DNA of 64,000 bases from an uncultured Candidatus Rokubacteria bacterium (GCA_963762145.1 CAVXJS010000011.1:899621-963620), one strand, 5' to 3'; shown: positions 29,015 through 40,666, numbered from the stretch's first letter. Numbers and translations: made by a program. Notes: generated from the letters alone by a model not told the origin.

Positions 29015-29034
29015 GCGCGCGGTCCCGCGGCCGC

Positions 29035-29984
29035 GTGCGCGCCTACCTCCTGCAGCGGCTCGCGGCGATGGGGCTCACCCTCTTCGGGGTGAGCCTGCTC
29101 GTCTTCGCGATGGTGCGGCTGATCCCGGGGACGGTGGTGGAGCAGCTCCTGGGACAGGCCGCGATGGCGTCGCCGGAGGTGGTGGCGTCGTTCCGCCGCT
29201 TCTTCGGTCTCGACCAGCCCTGGCACGTCCAGTACGGCGTCTGGCTGGCCGGCCTCCTGCGCGGCGATCTCGGCACTCGTGGCTCTCCGGGCGTCCGGTG
29301 CTCGCGCTCTTCCTCGAGCGCCTGCCCGTCTCCGCGGAGCTGGCCGTGCTCGCGGTGGGGTGGTCGCTGCTGCTCGGCATCCCGCTCGGCACCGCCTCGG
29401 CGGTCTGGCGCGGCGGGGTCCGCGACGGCCTCATCCGCGTGGGCACGACGCTCGGCCTCTCCATGCCCGCCTTCTGGCAGGGCGCGGTGCTGATCCTGAT
29501 CTTCTCGTTCTACCTGGGCTGGATGCCCGCGCTCACGTGGGTGCCCTTCACCCGGAGCCCGTCCGCGAACCTGGCCATCATGGCCCTGCCCGCCCTCACC
29601 CTGGGCACCGCGACCGCGGCCATGATCACCCGCATGGCCCGCTCCTCGATGCTCGACGTGCTGGGGCGCGAGTACGTGCGCACCGCGCGGGCCAAGGGCG
29701 TGGCGGAGCGGCGCGTGACGTTCCACCACGCGCTCCGGAACGCGCTGATCCCGGTGGTCACGGTGGCGGGCGTGCAGCTCGGCTACATCGTGGGCGGCAT
29801 CGTGGTGGTGGAGGACGTCTTCACCCTGCCGGGCGTCGGCCGGCTGCTGCTCGACGCGATCTTCCAGCGCGACTACCCGGTGGTCCAGGGCGTGATCCTG
29901 CTGCTGGCCGCCGCCTTCATGGCGCTGAACCTCCTCGTGGATCTGCTCTACACGCTCATCGATCCGAGGCTGCGCCGTGGCTGA
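29035..29984 (+). CDS. ABC transporter permease (DppB/OppB-like), frameshift near 29275
   Basis: GLDQP, YVRTARAKG, HALRNAL, PGVGRL, RDYPVVQG. Confidence 0.88.
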
Positions 29985-30814
29985 CGGCGCGGGCCGCCCG
30001 ATGGCTGGCCCGGCGGCCACTCCTGGCCGGCGCCGGGCTGACGCTGGCCGCGCTGGTGCTGGCGGGCGCGCTGGCGGAGACGATCGCGCCCTACTCCCCG
30101 ACCGCGGTGGACGCGAGCCACATGTTCAGCCGGCCGGGCGGTGGGCACCTCTTCGGCACCGACCGCTTCGGCCGCGATCTGCTCTCGCGGGTGATCTTCG
30201 GCATCCGCGTCTCGCTCGGCATCGCCGGCGCGTCCATCGCGATCGCGCTGCTGGCCGGCGGCACGCTCGGGATGCTGGCCGGGCTCGGCCGCGCCGCGGA
30301 CCAGGCGCTGGGCCGCGTGATGGACGTCTTCTTCGCGTTTCCGCCGATCCTGCTCGCCATCGGCATCGCGGCCGTGCTCGGCGCCGGGCCCGGCACCGCG
30401 GTCATCGCGATCGCGGTCGTCTACGCGCCGCTCTTCTTCCGCGTGGTCCGCGGCAGCGTGCTGGCCGAGTCGGCCCAGGCTTACGTGGAGGCCGCCCTGG
30501 CCCTGGGCCGGGGGCGTCTCGGCATCCTGTTCCGTCACGTGCTGCCGAACATCGTCTCGCCCATCGTGATCCAGACCGCGGTGTGCCTCTCCTACGGCAT
30601 CCTGATCGAGTCGGCGCTATCGTACCTGGGCGTGGGCGTGCAGCCGCCGACCCCCTCGTGGGGCGCGATCCTGAACGAGGGCAAGGAGTTCCTGATGCTG
30701 GCCCCGTGGGTGTCGCTCTTCCCGGGCGCGGCGATCATGCTGACGGTGCTGTCGTTGAACGTGCTGGGCGACGGATTGCGAGACGCCCTCGATCCCCGAG
30801 CCGAGATGAGGTGA
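29981..30814 (+). CDS. ABC transporter permease (DppC/OppC-like), start uncertain
   Basis: HLFGTDRFGRD, YVEAA, HVLPN, LSYLG, NVLGDGLRDALDP. Confidence 0.88.
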   Translation: MTARAARWLARRPLLAGAGLTLAALVLAGALAETIAPYSPTAVDASHMFSRPGGGHLFGTDRFGRDLLSRVIFGIRVSLGIAGASIAIALLAGGTLGMLAGLGRAADQALGRVMDVFFAFPPILLAIGIAAVLGAGPGTAVIAIAVVYAPLFFRVVRGSVLAESAQAYVEAALALGRGRLGILFRHVLPNIVSPIVIQTAVCLSYGILIESALSYLGVGVQPPTPSWGAILNEGKEFLMLAPWVSLFPGAAIMLTVLSLNVLGDGLRDALDPRAEMR

Positions 30815-30816
30815 GC

Positions 30817-31302
30817 ATGACCTACGAGCCGAGTGACAAGATCGGGACCCTGACCGACGCCGAGCTGGCCGCGTTCCTCGACGAGCCGTGGAACGGCCGC
30901 ATCGCCACCGTCACCCCCGAGGGCTGGCCCTACGTGGCGCCGGTCTGGTACGAGTTCGAGCGCGCCACCCGCAGCTTCCTGGTGGTCGGCCGCGAGCGGG
31001 CGCTGTGGATCGCTCATATCCGCACGAACCCGCGGGTGGCCTTCCACGTGGCCGACGACCAGCACGCCCACCACACCCGGGTGCAGGTGCAGGCGACCGC
31101 GCGCATCCTCGAGGGGCCCATCGCCCCCACCGCGAGCCCGACCCTGCTCGAGCTGACTCATCGTCTCTCGCGGCGCTACCTGGGCCCGGACGGGCCCCGC
31201 TACGCGGAGAAGACCCTGGGCCGTCCCCGTGTGCTGGTGCGCCTGGAGCCCGCGCGCTGGACCTCCTGGACGGGCCAGGAGTGGCATCCGCGCTACCGTT
31301 GA
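30817..31302 (+). CDS. Pyridoxamine 5'-phosphate oxidase-like split-barrel protein
   Basis: IATVTPEGWPYVAPVWY, HIRTNPRVAF. Confidence 0.8.
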   Translation: MTYEPSDKIGTLTDAELAAFLDEPWNGRIATVTPEGWPYVAPVWYEFERATRSFLVVGRERALWIAHIRTNPRVAFHVADDQHAHHTRVQVQATARILEGPIAPTASPTLLELTHRLSRRYLGPDGPRYAEKTLGRPRVLVRLEPARWTSWTGQEWHPRYR

Positions 31303-31303
31303 C

Positions 31304-31693
31304 ATGAAGCGGGCGGTCCTCCGGTTCGCTCGGGCCCTCGCGCGGCGCTGCCCCAACTGCAGCGGGGGCCCGGTCATCACGCGGTGGATCCACACCGTGC
31401 CGGCCTGCCCGCGCTGCGGGCTCCGCCTCGACCGGGGCGAGCCCGACTACTTTCTGGGTGCGATCGTCTTCAACATGGCCTTCGCGGAGGGACTTCTCGC
31501 GCTGGGCCTTGTCGTCGTCCTGCTCTGGACCTGGCCCAACCCGCCGTGGAACGCGCTCTACTACGGCGGCATCGCGGGGCTGATCGTGGCCCCGATCCTC
31601 TTCTACCCCTACTCGAAGCTAATGTGGCTGGCTTTCGACTTGATCTTCCGTCCGCTTCGCCCCGAGGACTTCGAGGCGCCCCGTTCCGCGTAG
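31304..31693 (+). CDS. DUF983-family protein
   Basis: CPNC...CPRCG followed by two TM helices. Confidence 0.75.
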   Translation: MKRAVLRFARALARRCPNCSGGPVITRWIHTVPACPRCGLRLDRGEPDYFLGAIVFNMAFAEGLLALGLVVVLLWTWPNPPWNALYYGGIAGLIVAPILFYPYSKLMWLAFDLIFRPLRPEDFEAPRSA

Positions 31694-31947
31694 CATCGCC
31701 TAAGCTCCCGTCGCAACGCCTGGCGGCGGCGCGCGGAGCTCGGCCGCGGCAGCGCGAGCGCGAGCCAGCCGGCGCGCCCCTTGATATCCGCGCGCCGGCG
31801 GCCATCCGCGGCCAGGTGGAAATGGAGGAACGGCTCCCGGTGCGCATAGAACACGCCGGGTCTCTTCTCGACCACCCCGGCCCAGGTGCGCACCTCGTCC
31901 AGCAGGTCGACGACGTCGTCGAGCAGGGCGGGCGGACAGTGCGCCAC
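31609..31947 (-). CDS. Hypothetical protein
   Basis: EKRPGVFY...PFLHFH...ADIK pattern; lies downstream of the SnoaL-like gene. Confidence 0.55.
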   Translation of the reverse strand: MAHCPPALLDDVVDLLDEVRTWAGVVEKRPGVFYAHREPFLHFHLAADGRRRADIKGRAGWLALALPRPSSARRRQALRRELRRCYAERGASKSSGRSGRKIKSKASHISFE

Positions 31948-31962
31948 CGCGTCGGGTACGGG

Positions 31963-32367
31963 TTAGAGCCGGCCGTCCTGCTCGACCCGCTTCCAGTACG
32001 TGTCCTTGTTGAGGATCTTGTCGCCGCGGAACTCGTAGATGTCGCAGCCCTGGTAGTTGAGCAGCTCGCCGTCCGCGCCCTTGCCGGTCACCATCCACAC
32101 CGAGACCGCGCGATTGCCGGTGACGAAGTGATCCACGTGGTCCCAGCGCATGCCGCTGATGACCTTGAAGCGGTCCGCGAGCACCTTCCCGATCGCGGCC
32201 TTGCCGTGCACGCGCCGGCCGCACGGCTCGGGGCCGCGGGCCATCAGGAAGGTCGCGTCGTCCGCGAAGAAGCTCAGGATGCGGTCCACGTCGCGGCTGT
32301 TGAAGGCGGCGTTGATCTCCATCATCAGGTCGATGCTGGGGCCCGGGGCGGTCGAGGTGGTTGTCAT
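31963..32367 (-). CDS. NTF2/SnoaL-like protein
   Basis: AAFNSRDVDRILSFFADD, GCDIYEF, KDTYWK. Confidence 0.85.
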   Translation of the reverse strand: MTTTSTAPGPSIDLMMEINAAFNSRDVDRILSFFADDATFLMARGPEPCGRRVHGKAAIGKVLADRFKVISGMRWDHVDHFVTGNRAVSVWMVTGKGADGELLNYQGCDIYEFRGDKILNKDTYWKRVEQDGRL

Positions 32368-32423
32368 GGGCGAGACTCTGCCCGCGCCGGGCCCCGCCGT
32401 CAAGCGGGTGATATCATCCGCGC

Positions 32424-33437
32424 ATGTCCCTGCCCCCCGACGGCCCGGTCACCGCCGGTGACCTGCTGACGCTCGAGGCGCTGGGGCACTTCCGTCGTAC
32501 GTCCACGTGGCGGGGCGCTGCCCTGGTCCTGCACGCGTGGGCCGTCATCGCCGGCGCGATCGCGCTCTACCTGCTCTGGCCGTCGGGGCTCACCCTGGCG
32601 CTGGTGGTGCCGGTCATCGGCGCCCGCCAGCTCGGGCTCATGGTGCTCATGCACGAGACGGCCCACTGGCTGCTGTTCCGCGAGGGGCGCCTCAACACGT
32701 GGGTCGGGACCTGGCTCTGCGCCGCGCCGCTCGGCGTGGATCTCAGGGCCTATCGCCGACGGCATCACCTGCACCACCGGCACACGCAGACCCGCGAGGA
32801 TCCGGATCTGGAACTCTCGGCGCCGCTGCCCGTCTCGCGCGGCCGGCTGACCCGGGCGCTCCTGGGCGACCTCTGCGGATGGACCGCGCTCACGCGGATC
32901 GCGAGCCGGCGCCCATGGCGCGACGGCCTCGCGGAAGCGTGGCGCCGGGCCCGGGCGCCCCTTGCCGTCAACGCGGTGCTATGGGCGGTGCTCACGGCGC
33001 TCGGCGGCCCCACGCTTTACCTGCTCGTGTGGGTGCTGCCGTGGGCCACCTGGTTCCAGCTCGTCACCCGGATTCGAGACCTCGCCGAGCACGGGCTGGT
33101 GCGCGACGCCGCGGACCCGCTCCGGAACACGCGCACGATCGGCGCGGGGCCGCTGGCGCGCGCCTTCATCGCTCCCTACGGGGTGAACTACCATCTCGAG
33201 CATCACCTGCTCGTGTTCGTGCCGTGCTGGAAGCTCCGCGAGGTGCGGGCCCTGCTGATGGCCAGGGGCCTGGGCGGGCGGATGGAGCGGGCGGCGAGCT
33301 ACGTCGAGGTGCTGGCCCGCGTGACCGGGGACATCATTCCCGGGGGCGCTGACCCTCGGGCTGGCACTGATACTCCAGGATCTTCGCGTTCGGGTCGGGC
33401 CGGCCACCCTTCTGTCCGGCGCTCTGGTTCTGGTTGA
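32424..33437 (+). CDS. Fatty acid desaturase family protein
   Basis: Histidine boxes HETAH, HHLHH, HLEHH. Confidence 0.88.
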   Translation: MSLPPDGPVTAGDLLTLEALGHFRRTSTWRGAALVLHAWAVIAGAIALYLLWPSGLTLALVVPVIGARQLGLMVLMHETAHWLLFREGRLNTWVGTWLCAAPLGVDLRAYRRRHHLHHRHTQTREDPDLELSAPLPVSRGRLTRALLGDLCGWTALTRIASRRPWRDGLAEAWRRARAPLAVNAVLWAVLTALGGPTLYLLVWVLPWATWFQLVTRIRDLAEHGLVRDAADPLRNTRTIGAGPLARAFIAPYGVNYHLEHHLLVFVPCWKLREVRALLMARGLGGRMERAASYVEVLARVTGDIIPGGADPRAGTDTPGSSRSGRAGHPSVRRSGSG

Positions 33438-33645
33438 TGGCCGTGGTCATCGCCCCCTTGCACCAGCGCTGAGCGTCGAACGTCTGGGTGCGCCGCCACT
33501 CGCCGGCCGCGGAGGTGTTGATATCGAGCGGCCGCTCCCACAAGATCCACTGATCTTGGGCCACGGCGGGGCCCGCGGCCGGGGCGACCGCGAGCATGCC
33601 GCCGAGGATGGTGAGCGCCGCGCGGGTCCGGGTCCGAATGATCAG
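33334..33645 (-). CDS. Small exported two-Cys protein (WILW...C...CxP); start CTG 33645 or ATG 33597
   Basis: Signal peptide AVA-QDQWILW...TFDAQRWC...YQCQPE. Confidence 0.65.
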   Translation of the reverse strand: MIIRTRTRAALTILGGMLAVAPAAGPAVAQDQWILWERPLDINTSAAGEWRRTQTFDAQRWCKGAMTTAINQNQSAGQKGGRPDPNAKILEYQCQPEGQRPRE

Positions 33646-33833
33646 TCCTTGTACTCGCAGTGGCCGCTGACCAGCGAGTACGACCGCGAGTCCTTCCACC
33701 AGCCGCCGGTGCGGGCGCACCGGGCCGCGAGGTCGTCCTGGGCGTAGGCCTGCGGCACGGGAACGCCGGAGCAGGACGTCAACGCCAGCGTGCCGAGGAG
33801 GATACCGAGCGCGGTCGTCAGCAGGTCACGCAT
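33642..33833 (-). CDS. Small lipoprotein (CxRxGGWW...CEY)
   Basis: Lipobox LTSC, SD GGAGG, two further Cys. Confidence 0.7.
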   Translation of the reverse strand: MRDLLTTALGILLGTLALTSCSGVPVPQAYAQDDLAARCARTGGWWKDSRSYSLVSGHCEYKD

Positions 33834-33911
33834 CTCCACCTCCATACTACGCGGCTCCCGGTCGCCTGTCCTGCGGTCCGCGGCCGGTCGGACGCCCTCC
33901 TTCGCCGTGAC

Positions 33912-34613
33912 TCAGGCCTCCAGCGCGACGTACAGCTCGCCGCCATCGTCCTTGAGGCGGTAGCGGCGCAGGCCCTCCAGCGCGTCGCCCAGGGGGGCGC
34001 CGGTGTGGATGTCGAACTGCCACATGTGCTCGAGGCAGGTCAGGACCGAGCCGTCGTGGATCCCCTGCTCCAGCGGGATGGTCTCGTGCGGGCACAGCGC
34101 CTGGAAGGCCACGTACTCGGCGCCGGTGTGGACGATGAGCACGTTCACGCCCGCGACCGAGAACTCCTTCATCCCGTTGGCAGGAACCTCGGCGGCGGGC
34201 CCCACGCGCTTCCACGCGGGGGCCGGACCATCCGGGGCAGGCGCCTGGGTGCGGGCCAGGTAGGCGCGCTTGATCTCGGCCAGCTCGGCCTCGCTCACCT
34301 TGTTGGCCCCCGGCTTCCCGGGGGTGTAGCGTAGCCGCTCCACCGGCCGGCCTCCGACGATATGGGAGGTGAAGATCTCTTCGAGATCCGCCTCCTGAAC
34401 CCCCGCGTACCAGACGTCGTCGGGGTAGAAGACGATCATCGGGCCGCGCCCGCACTGCGAGAAGCAGCCGGCCTTGTTGATGCGTACGTCGCTCGGCCGC
34501 CCCACCTGCTTCGCCCGCTCCCGTAGGATCTTCACGAACTTCTCGGTGTCGCCCTGCTCCGGGCAGGTCTCGCCGCTCGTGCACACGAAGACGTGCTGCT
34601 CGTACTGGCCCAT
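33912..34613 (-). CDS. Fusion of thioredoxin-like [2Fe-2S] ferredoxin and Rieske ferredoxin
   Basis: N-part HVFVC..C...GCFSQCGRGP; C-part CPH...CLEH Rieske motif similar to toluene monooxygenase ferredoxin. Confidence 0.85.
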   Translation of the reverse strand: MGQYEQHVFVCTSGETCPEQGDTEKFVKILRERAKQVGRPSDVRINKAGCFSQCGRGPMIVFYPDDVWYAGVQEADLEEIFTSHIVGGRPVERLRYTPGKPGANKVSEAELAEIKRAYLARTQAPAPDGPAPAWKRVGPAAEVPANGMKEFSVAGVNVLIVHTGAEYVAFQALCPHETIPLEQGIHDGSVLTCLEHMWQFDIHTGAPLGDALEGLRRYRLKDDGGELYVALEA

Positions 34614-34629
34614 CGCGGCTCCTTTCGGG

Positions 34630-35667
34630 CTAGCTGAACTTGTCGTACCGGATGTCGGCGGGCGATAGTCTCGCCTCGCGCAGCAGCAAACGCAAGCTCG
34701 CGTCCACCATCGGCGGCGGGCCCGCCACGTAGGCCCGGACGTCGGCGAACCGGCCCCGCATGCGCTCCCCCGCCACCGCGTGGACCAGGCCACGCGCGAA
34801 CGCGAGGCCGGGATAGGCCGCGGGCAGCGACGTGGGCACGTCCTCGTCCGAGAGCGCGATCGTGACCGCGAGCCGGGACCCGAATCGCGTCCGCAGCGCC
34901 TGCAGCTCGTCCAGGAAGAAGGCGTCGCGCTCGGAGCGGACGCCGAAGTACACGTGGCCGTCCCACCGGGCGAAGTGCCCCACCGCGCCCGCGCGCTCCA
35001 GGATCGACATCATGCCGGCGATCCCGCTGCCGCCCGCGATGCACAGCACGTGCTTCGCGAGCCCGGGCGGGAAGGTCGCGTGCCCGAGGGGCGCGAAGAG
35101 GCCCAGGCGCGTGCCCTCGACCGCGGCGCCGAAGAGCCACTCGCTCACCGCCCCGCCCGGCTTCTGCTTGGCCACGAACGACAGGCGCCGGGCCGGCCGC
35201 TCGAAGTTGACCATCGAGTAGGCGCGGGCCCCCGTGATGCCGGGCACGGTGAGGAGCGCGAACTGGCCCGCGTCGAAGTCGAGCGGCCGGTCGAGCTCCA
35301 CGTCGAACGCGGCCACGTCGTGGGTCAGGCGGCGCCAGCCGCGCACGTGGGCGCCCTGCGCGCCGGGGAGCGGTGCGTCCGGCTCGCGCGCCCTGAGGAC
35401 GCCGACCTCGAGCCCGCAGTCCTCGCGCGCCAGACACTGGCACATGAGCAGGTCGGCCGGGTCCTTGAGATACCGGATGCCCGGGGCGTCCGGCCACTCG
35501 CTCTCCACCCGGCCGCTCACCAGCCGGGCCTTGCAGGTCCCGCAGGTGCCGGTGCCGCACTCGTACGGGAGCTCGATGCCGCTCCGGAGCCCCGCGAGGA
35601 GGATCTTCTCGCCGGGCTCGCACTCGAACTCGTGCGCCCCGGTGCGGGCGGCGACGACGATCCTCAC
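34630..35667 (-). CDS. [2Fe-2S]-FAD-NAD(P)H oxidoreductase (monooxygenase reductase-like)
   Basis: YECGTGTCGTCK, RAYSM, AGGSGIAG, YVAGPPPMV, C-terminal DKFS. Confidence 0.88.
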   Translation of the reverse strand: MRIVVAARTGAHEFECEPGEKILLAGLRSGIELPYECGTGTCGTCKARLVSGRVESEWPDAPGIRYLKDPADLLMCQCLAREDCGLEVGVLRAREPDAPLPGAQGAHVRGWRRLTHDVAAFDVELDRPLDFDAGQFALLTVPGITGARAYSMVNFERPARRLSFVAKQKPGGAVSEWLFGAAVEGTRLGLFAPLGHATFPPGLAKHVLCIAGGSGIAGMMSILERAGAVGHFARWDGHVYFGVRSERDAFFLDELQALRTRFGSRLAVTIALSDEDVPTSLPAAYPGLAFARGLVHAVAGERMRGRFADVRAYVAGPPPMVDASLRLLLREARLSPADIRYDKFS

Positions 35668-35674
35668 GGCCGCC

Positions 35675-36490
35675 TCACCCGGGAAGTTTCCAGCCGAGCC
35701 ACGCGCAGAGCGCGCGGCCCATGATCAGCTCCTTGTCGCGCGTGGTGAGCCACGGGAGCTCCTCGGTGAACAGGGTCACGCACTGACGCCAGGTGCAGGG
35801 CATGCGCGTGATGTCCGTCCCCCAGAACAGCCGATCGGGCCCGAAGGCCTCATGGAGCCGGCGAAGGTGTGGATGGAGGTTCCGGAAGGGATAGGGCTCG
35901 CTCGAGTAGCTCGGCGCGCCCGTCGCCTTGACCGCGACGTTGGGATGCTTCGCGAGCGCGAGCAGCTCCGACAGGTTGGCCCACGCCGCGTCGTCCTTGG
36001 TGCGATGCGGGCGGCCGAGATGGTCCACGATCAGCTTGAGGCCCGGATGGCGCTCGGCCACCTGCCCGACGAGCGGCAGGAAATCCGCCGCGAGCAGGGC
36101 CAGCGGCACGCGGGCGCGCTCGGCGGCCGGCCACAGCCAGTCCAGGGTGCCGTCGGTCGGCCAGCTCTTCTGGTGCGGCTGCAGGAACACGAAGCGCAGC
36201 CCGAGCATGCCCGGCTGGCGCATCCAGCCGTCGATGAGGGCGCGGCTCTCCGGCCGGTCGAGCGGGAACTTGCCGAGGACCGCGAGCCGGTCGGGGTGCT
36301 GGCGGGCCGCCTCGAGCGCGAGGCGGTCCGAGCCCGGGTCCCATCCCGGCGGGTGGATCACCGCCGCGGAGACGCCCGCGGCATCCATCTCCGCGAGGAG
36401 CTCATCCTTGGAGAAGACCGAGGTCGGACGATGGGGCGGCAGCGGCGTGCCACTGCCCCAGATATGCACCTGGGCGTCGACGATCAGCAC
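35675..36490 (-). CDS. Amidohydrolase family 2 protein
   Basis: DAQVHIW, IVDHLG, FGPDRLFWGTD. Confidence 0.85.
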   Translation of the reverse strand: MLIVDAQVHIWGSGTPLPPHRPTSVFSKDELLAEMDAAGVSAAVIHPPGWDPGSDRLALEAARQHPDRLAVLGKFPLDRPESRALIDGWMRQPGMLGLRFVFLQPHQKSWPTDGTLDWLWPAAERARVPLALLAADFLPLVGQVAERHPGLKLIVDHLGRPHRTKDDAAWANLSELLALAKHPNVAVKATGAPSYSSEPYPFRNLHPHLRRLHEAFGPDRLFWGTDITRMPCTWRQCVTLFTEELPWLTTRDKELIMGRALCAWLGWKLPG

Positions 36491-36541
36491 GGCGGAATGG
36501 TCTCGCGGCCCGGGAAGCAGGTCAAGATGGAAGGGGGCCGC

Positions 36542-36571
36542 TTGACGGGCCGGAGAGCGGCGTGCCACGAT
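36542..36571 (+). promoter_or_regulatory. Promoter of the trpS leader
   Basis: TTGACG (36542-47), 18 bp, TG-extended CACGAT (36566-71), 6 nt before the leader GTG. Confidence 0.65.
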
Positions 36572-36577
36572 CGGCTC

Positions 36578-36625
36578 GTGTCTCGCCATGGGTCGGATCA
36601 GCAGTGGTGGTGGCCGCCGGACTAG
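36578..36625 (+). CDS. Tryptophan attenuator leader peptide (M)SRHGSDQQWWWPPD
   Basis: Three consecutive TGG codons (36605-36613) 130 nt upstream of trpS, followed by mutually exclusive hairpins. Confidence 0.85.
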   Translation: MSRHGSDQQWWWPPD

Positions 36626-36653
36626 GCGGCCTCGGGTGAAGTTTCTGGACTAA

Positions 36654-38569
<1,916 letters not shown>

Positions 38570-38583
38570 CGTGGCCTCCTGCC

Positions 38584-39231
38584 TCAGTAGAGATTCTTGC
38601 GGTAGCCGTCCTGCAGGCGCTGATCGAGCTCCTCGACCGTCATGGTGTTGAGCTTGGCGTGGTCGCGGAACATCTGGGCCGGGGAGGCCAGCCCGTCGCG
38701 GTCCGGCCAGCGCGCGGGCTCCCAGAGGCCGGAGCGCTTCACGCACTTCGCGCAATGGAGGAAGGACTCCTCCACGTCCACCGCGATGGCGAGCTGCGGG
38801 GTCTTGCCCTGCGCGGCCAGGCGCGCCAGCCACTCGGGATCGCGCACGATCCGGGCGCGACCGTTGATCCGCAGCGTCTCCTCGCTACCCGGCACCAGGA
38901 AGATGAGCCCGATGCGCGGGTTCTCGAGCAGGTTCCGCATGCCGTCGAAGCGCTTGTTGCCCGGGCGGTCCGGGATCAGCAGGGTCTGGTCGTCCACGAC
39001 CAGGACGAAGCCGGGCGCGTCGCCCTTGGGGCTCACGTCGCAGCGACCCGCGCGGTCGGCGGTCGCCACGAGCAGGAAGGGCGCTCGCGCGATGAAGGCC
39101 CGGCAGTGCTCGTCGATCCGGCCGATGTCCTTGCGCAGCGCGATCTCGGAGGGCTCGCCCATCAGGGCGCGCAGCTCGTCGAGGGTGCCCACCACGTCCT
39201 TGAATTCGGTCGCTCCGTTGACTCCGCTCAT
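38584..39231 (-). CDS. FMN-binding PPOX-family protein (MSMEG_1061-like)
   Basis: DVSPKGDAPGFV, PDRPGN, ETLRING, HCAKC..RSGLW. Confidence 0.85.
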   Translation of the reverse strand: MSGVNGATEFKDVVGTLDELRALMGEPSEIALRKDIGRIDEHCRAFIARAPFLLVATADRAGRCDVSPKGDAPGFVLVVDDQTLLIPDRPGNKRFDGMRNLLENPRIGLIFLVPGSEETLRINGRARIVRDPEWLARLAAQGKTPQLAIAVDVEESFLHCAKCVKRSGLWEPARWPDRDGLASPAQMFRDHAKLNTMTVEELDQRLQDGYRKNLY

Positions 39232-39274
39232 GCGTCGCCTCCCGGGAAGATCCTTCGCGTACTCGAAGATACCA

Positions 39275-40666
39275 TCACCCACCCTCCCAGGTCTCGATCC
39301 GCTCCGAGGGGTTCTCGCCGAACCGGGCGCGCTTCACGCGGCCGTCCGCGTCGAGCTCGAACACCACCAGCTCCCCGGGGACGCCGTAGCCGTCGGTGGT
39401 CTCGACCCGGAAGGTGTGCTGAGCGATCGGGATGAGCGTGGACGGCGCGAGCAGCGGGTCGGGAGCGTCCGGCGCGATCGCGACCAGCTTGCCCCCGTGG
39501 ATGATGATCTGGACGTCGCGCCAGGCGTTCCGGTAGCGGCCCACGTAGCGCTGCCAGGCGGGGTCGGCGGTGGCCGGAGCCGGCTTCGTCGCCCCCGCGA
39601 TGGCGCTCCCCAGCAGCTCCAGCGCCTTGTCCGCGAGAAGCCAGGAGTCGGCATCATCCGAGTTCACGAAGGCGATGACCGCGATCTTGTCGGCGGGACA
39701 GATCTGGAGATTGCTCCGGAATCCCCGCAGCGCGCCCCCGTGGCCGACGAGGGTCTTGCCGCGGACGCGCAGGAGGCGGAAGCCGAGCCCCCAGCCGGCC
39801 TGCCAGTCCGGCTCGAGCCAGTGGACCCGGTGCATCTCGGCGAGCGTCCGGCCGGCCAGGATCTGGGCGCCGCCGGCCGGCCCGCCGCGGAGCTGGAGCA
39901 TCGCGAAGCGCGCCAGGTCGGCCACGCTGGTCGTCATGTTGCCCGCGGCGGTGAGTCCGCGGAGATCGTTGAACGGCGTCGGAGCGGAGCCGAGCAGCCG
40001 CCGGGCGTAGCCGGTGGCCAGGCGCGGGTGACCGGGCTCCGGCGTGGCCACCAGCGTCGCGGTCATGCCGAGCGGGGCCAGGACGCGGCGACGCACGAAG
40101 TCCGCGTAGGGCTCCCCCGCCGCCGCGCCGACCACCTCGCCCGCGAGGGTGGCGCCCAGATTGGAGTACTTCCACCGCGCCTCGACCGGCAGTGGGCGCT
40201 CCTGCAACGGCAGTCGCGCCCGGATCTCGTCGAGGCTCGGGAACCGGCTGTCGGTGAAGTAGGGGAACGCGCCCTCGCGAGGGAGCCCGGAGGTGTGCGT
40301 GAGCAGGTGGCGGATCGTGATCGTGCCCGCGTCCGCGCCCGCCTTCATCTGGAACCACGGCAGGTGGGCGGTCAGCGGGTCGTCCAGGTGGAGCTTGCCC
40401 TCGTCGCGGAGGATGAGGAGGGCGGTCGCGGTGAAGAGCTTCGTGATGGACCCGATGCGGTAGAGGGTGTCGGCGGTCGCCGGCTCGCGCCGTTCGACGT
40501 CCGCCCAGCCGAAGCCGCCCGACCAGATCAGCGTCTGGTCGTGCACGAGCCCCATCGACACGCCGGGGAGCTGGCGCGCGACCCGCTGGCCCTCGATCCA
40601 CGCTTCCAGCAGATCGATCGCGGACCGGACTTCCGGGTTCTCGGCCAGGGGCGCCGGCGTGGCCAT
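39275..40666 (-). CDS. Serine hydrolase, beta-lactamase/AmpC-like family
   Basis: SITK (SxxK), LLTHTSGL, YSN, GHGG. Confidence 0.88.
   Translation of the reverse strand: MATPAPLAENPEVRSAIDLLEAWIEGQRVARQLPGVSMGLVHDQTLIWSGGFGWADVERREPATADTLYRIGSITKLFTATALLILRDEGKLHLDDPLTAHLPWFQMKAGADAGTITIRHLLTHTSGLPREGAFPYFTDSRFPSLDEIRARLPLQERPLPVEARWKYSNLGATLAGEVVGAAAGEPYADFVRRRVLAPLGMTATLVATPEPGHPRLATGYARRLLGSAPTPFNDLRGLTAAGNMTTSVADLARFAMLQLRGGPAGGAQILAGRTLAEMHRVHWLEPDWQAGWGLGFRLLRVRGKTLVGHGGALRGFRSNLQICPADKIAVIAFVNSDDADSWLLADKALELLGSAIAGATKPAPATADPAWQRYVGRYRNAWRDVQIIIHGGKLVAIAPDAPDPLLAPSTLIPIAQHTFRVETTDGYGVPGELVVFELDADGRVKRARFGENPSERIETWEGG

Noticed and set aside
39275-40666. Beta-lactam resistance gene
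   Set aside because: SxxK/YxN serine hydrolases without a signal peptide are mostly esterases or peptidases; resistance cannot be inferred from sequence.
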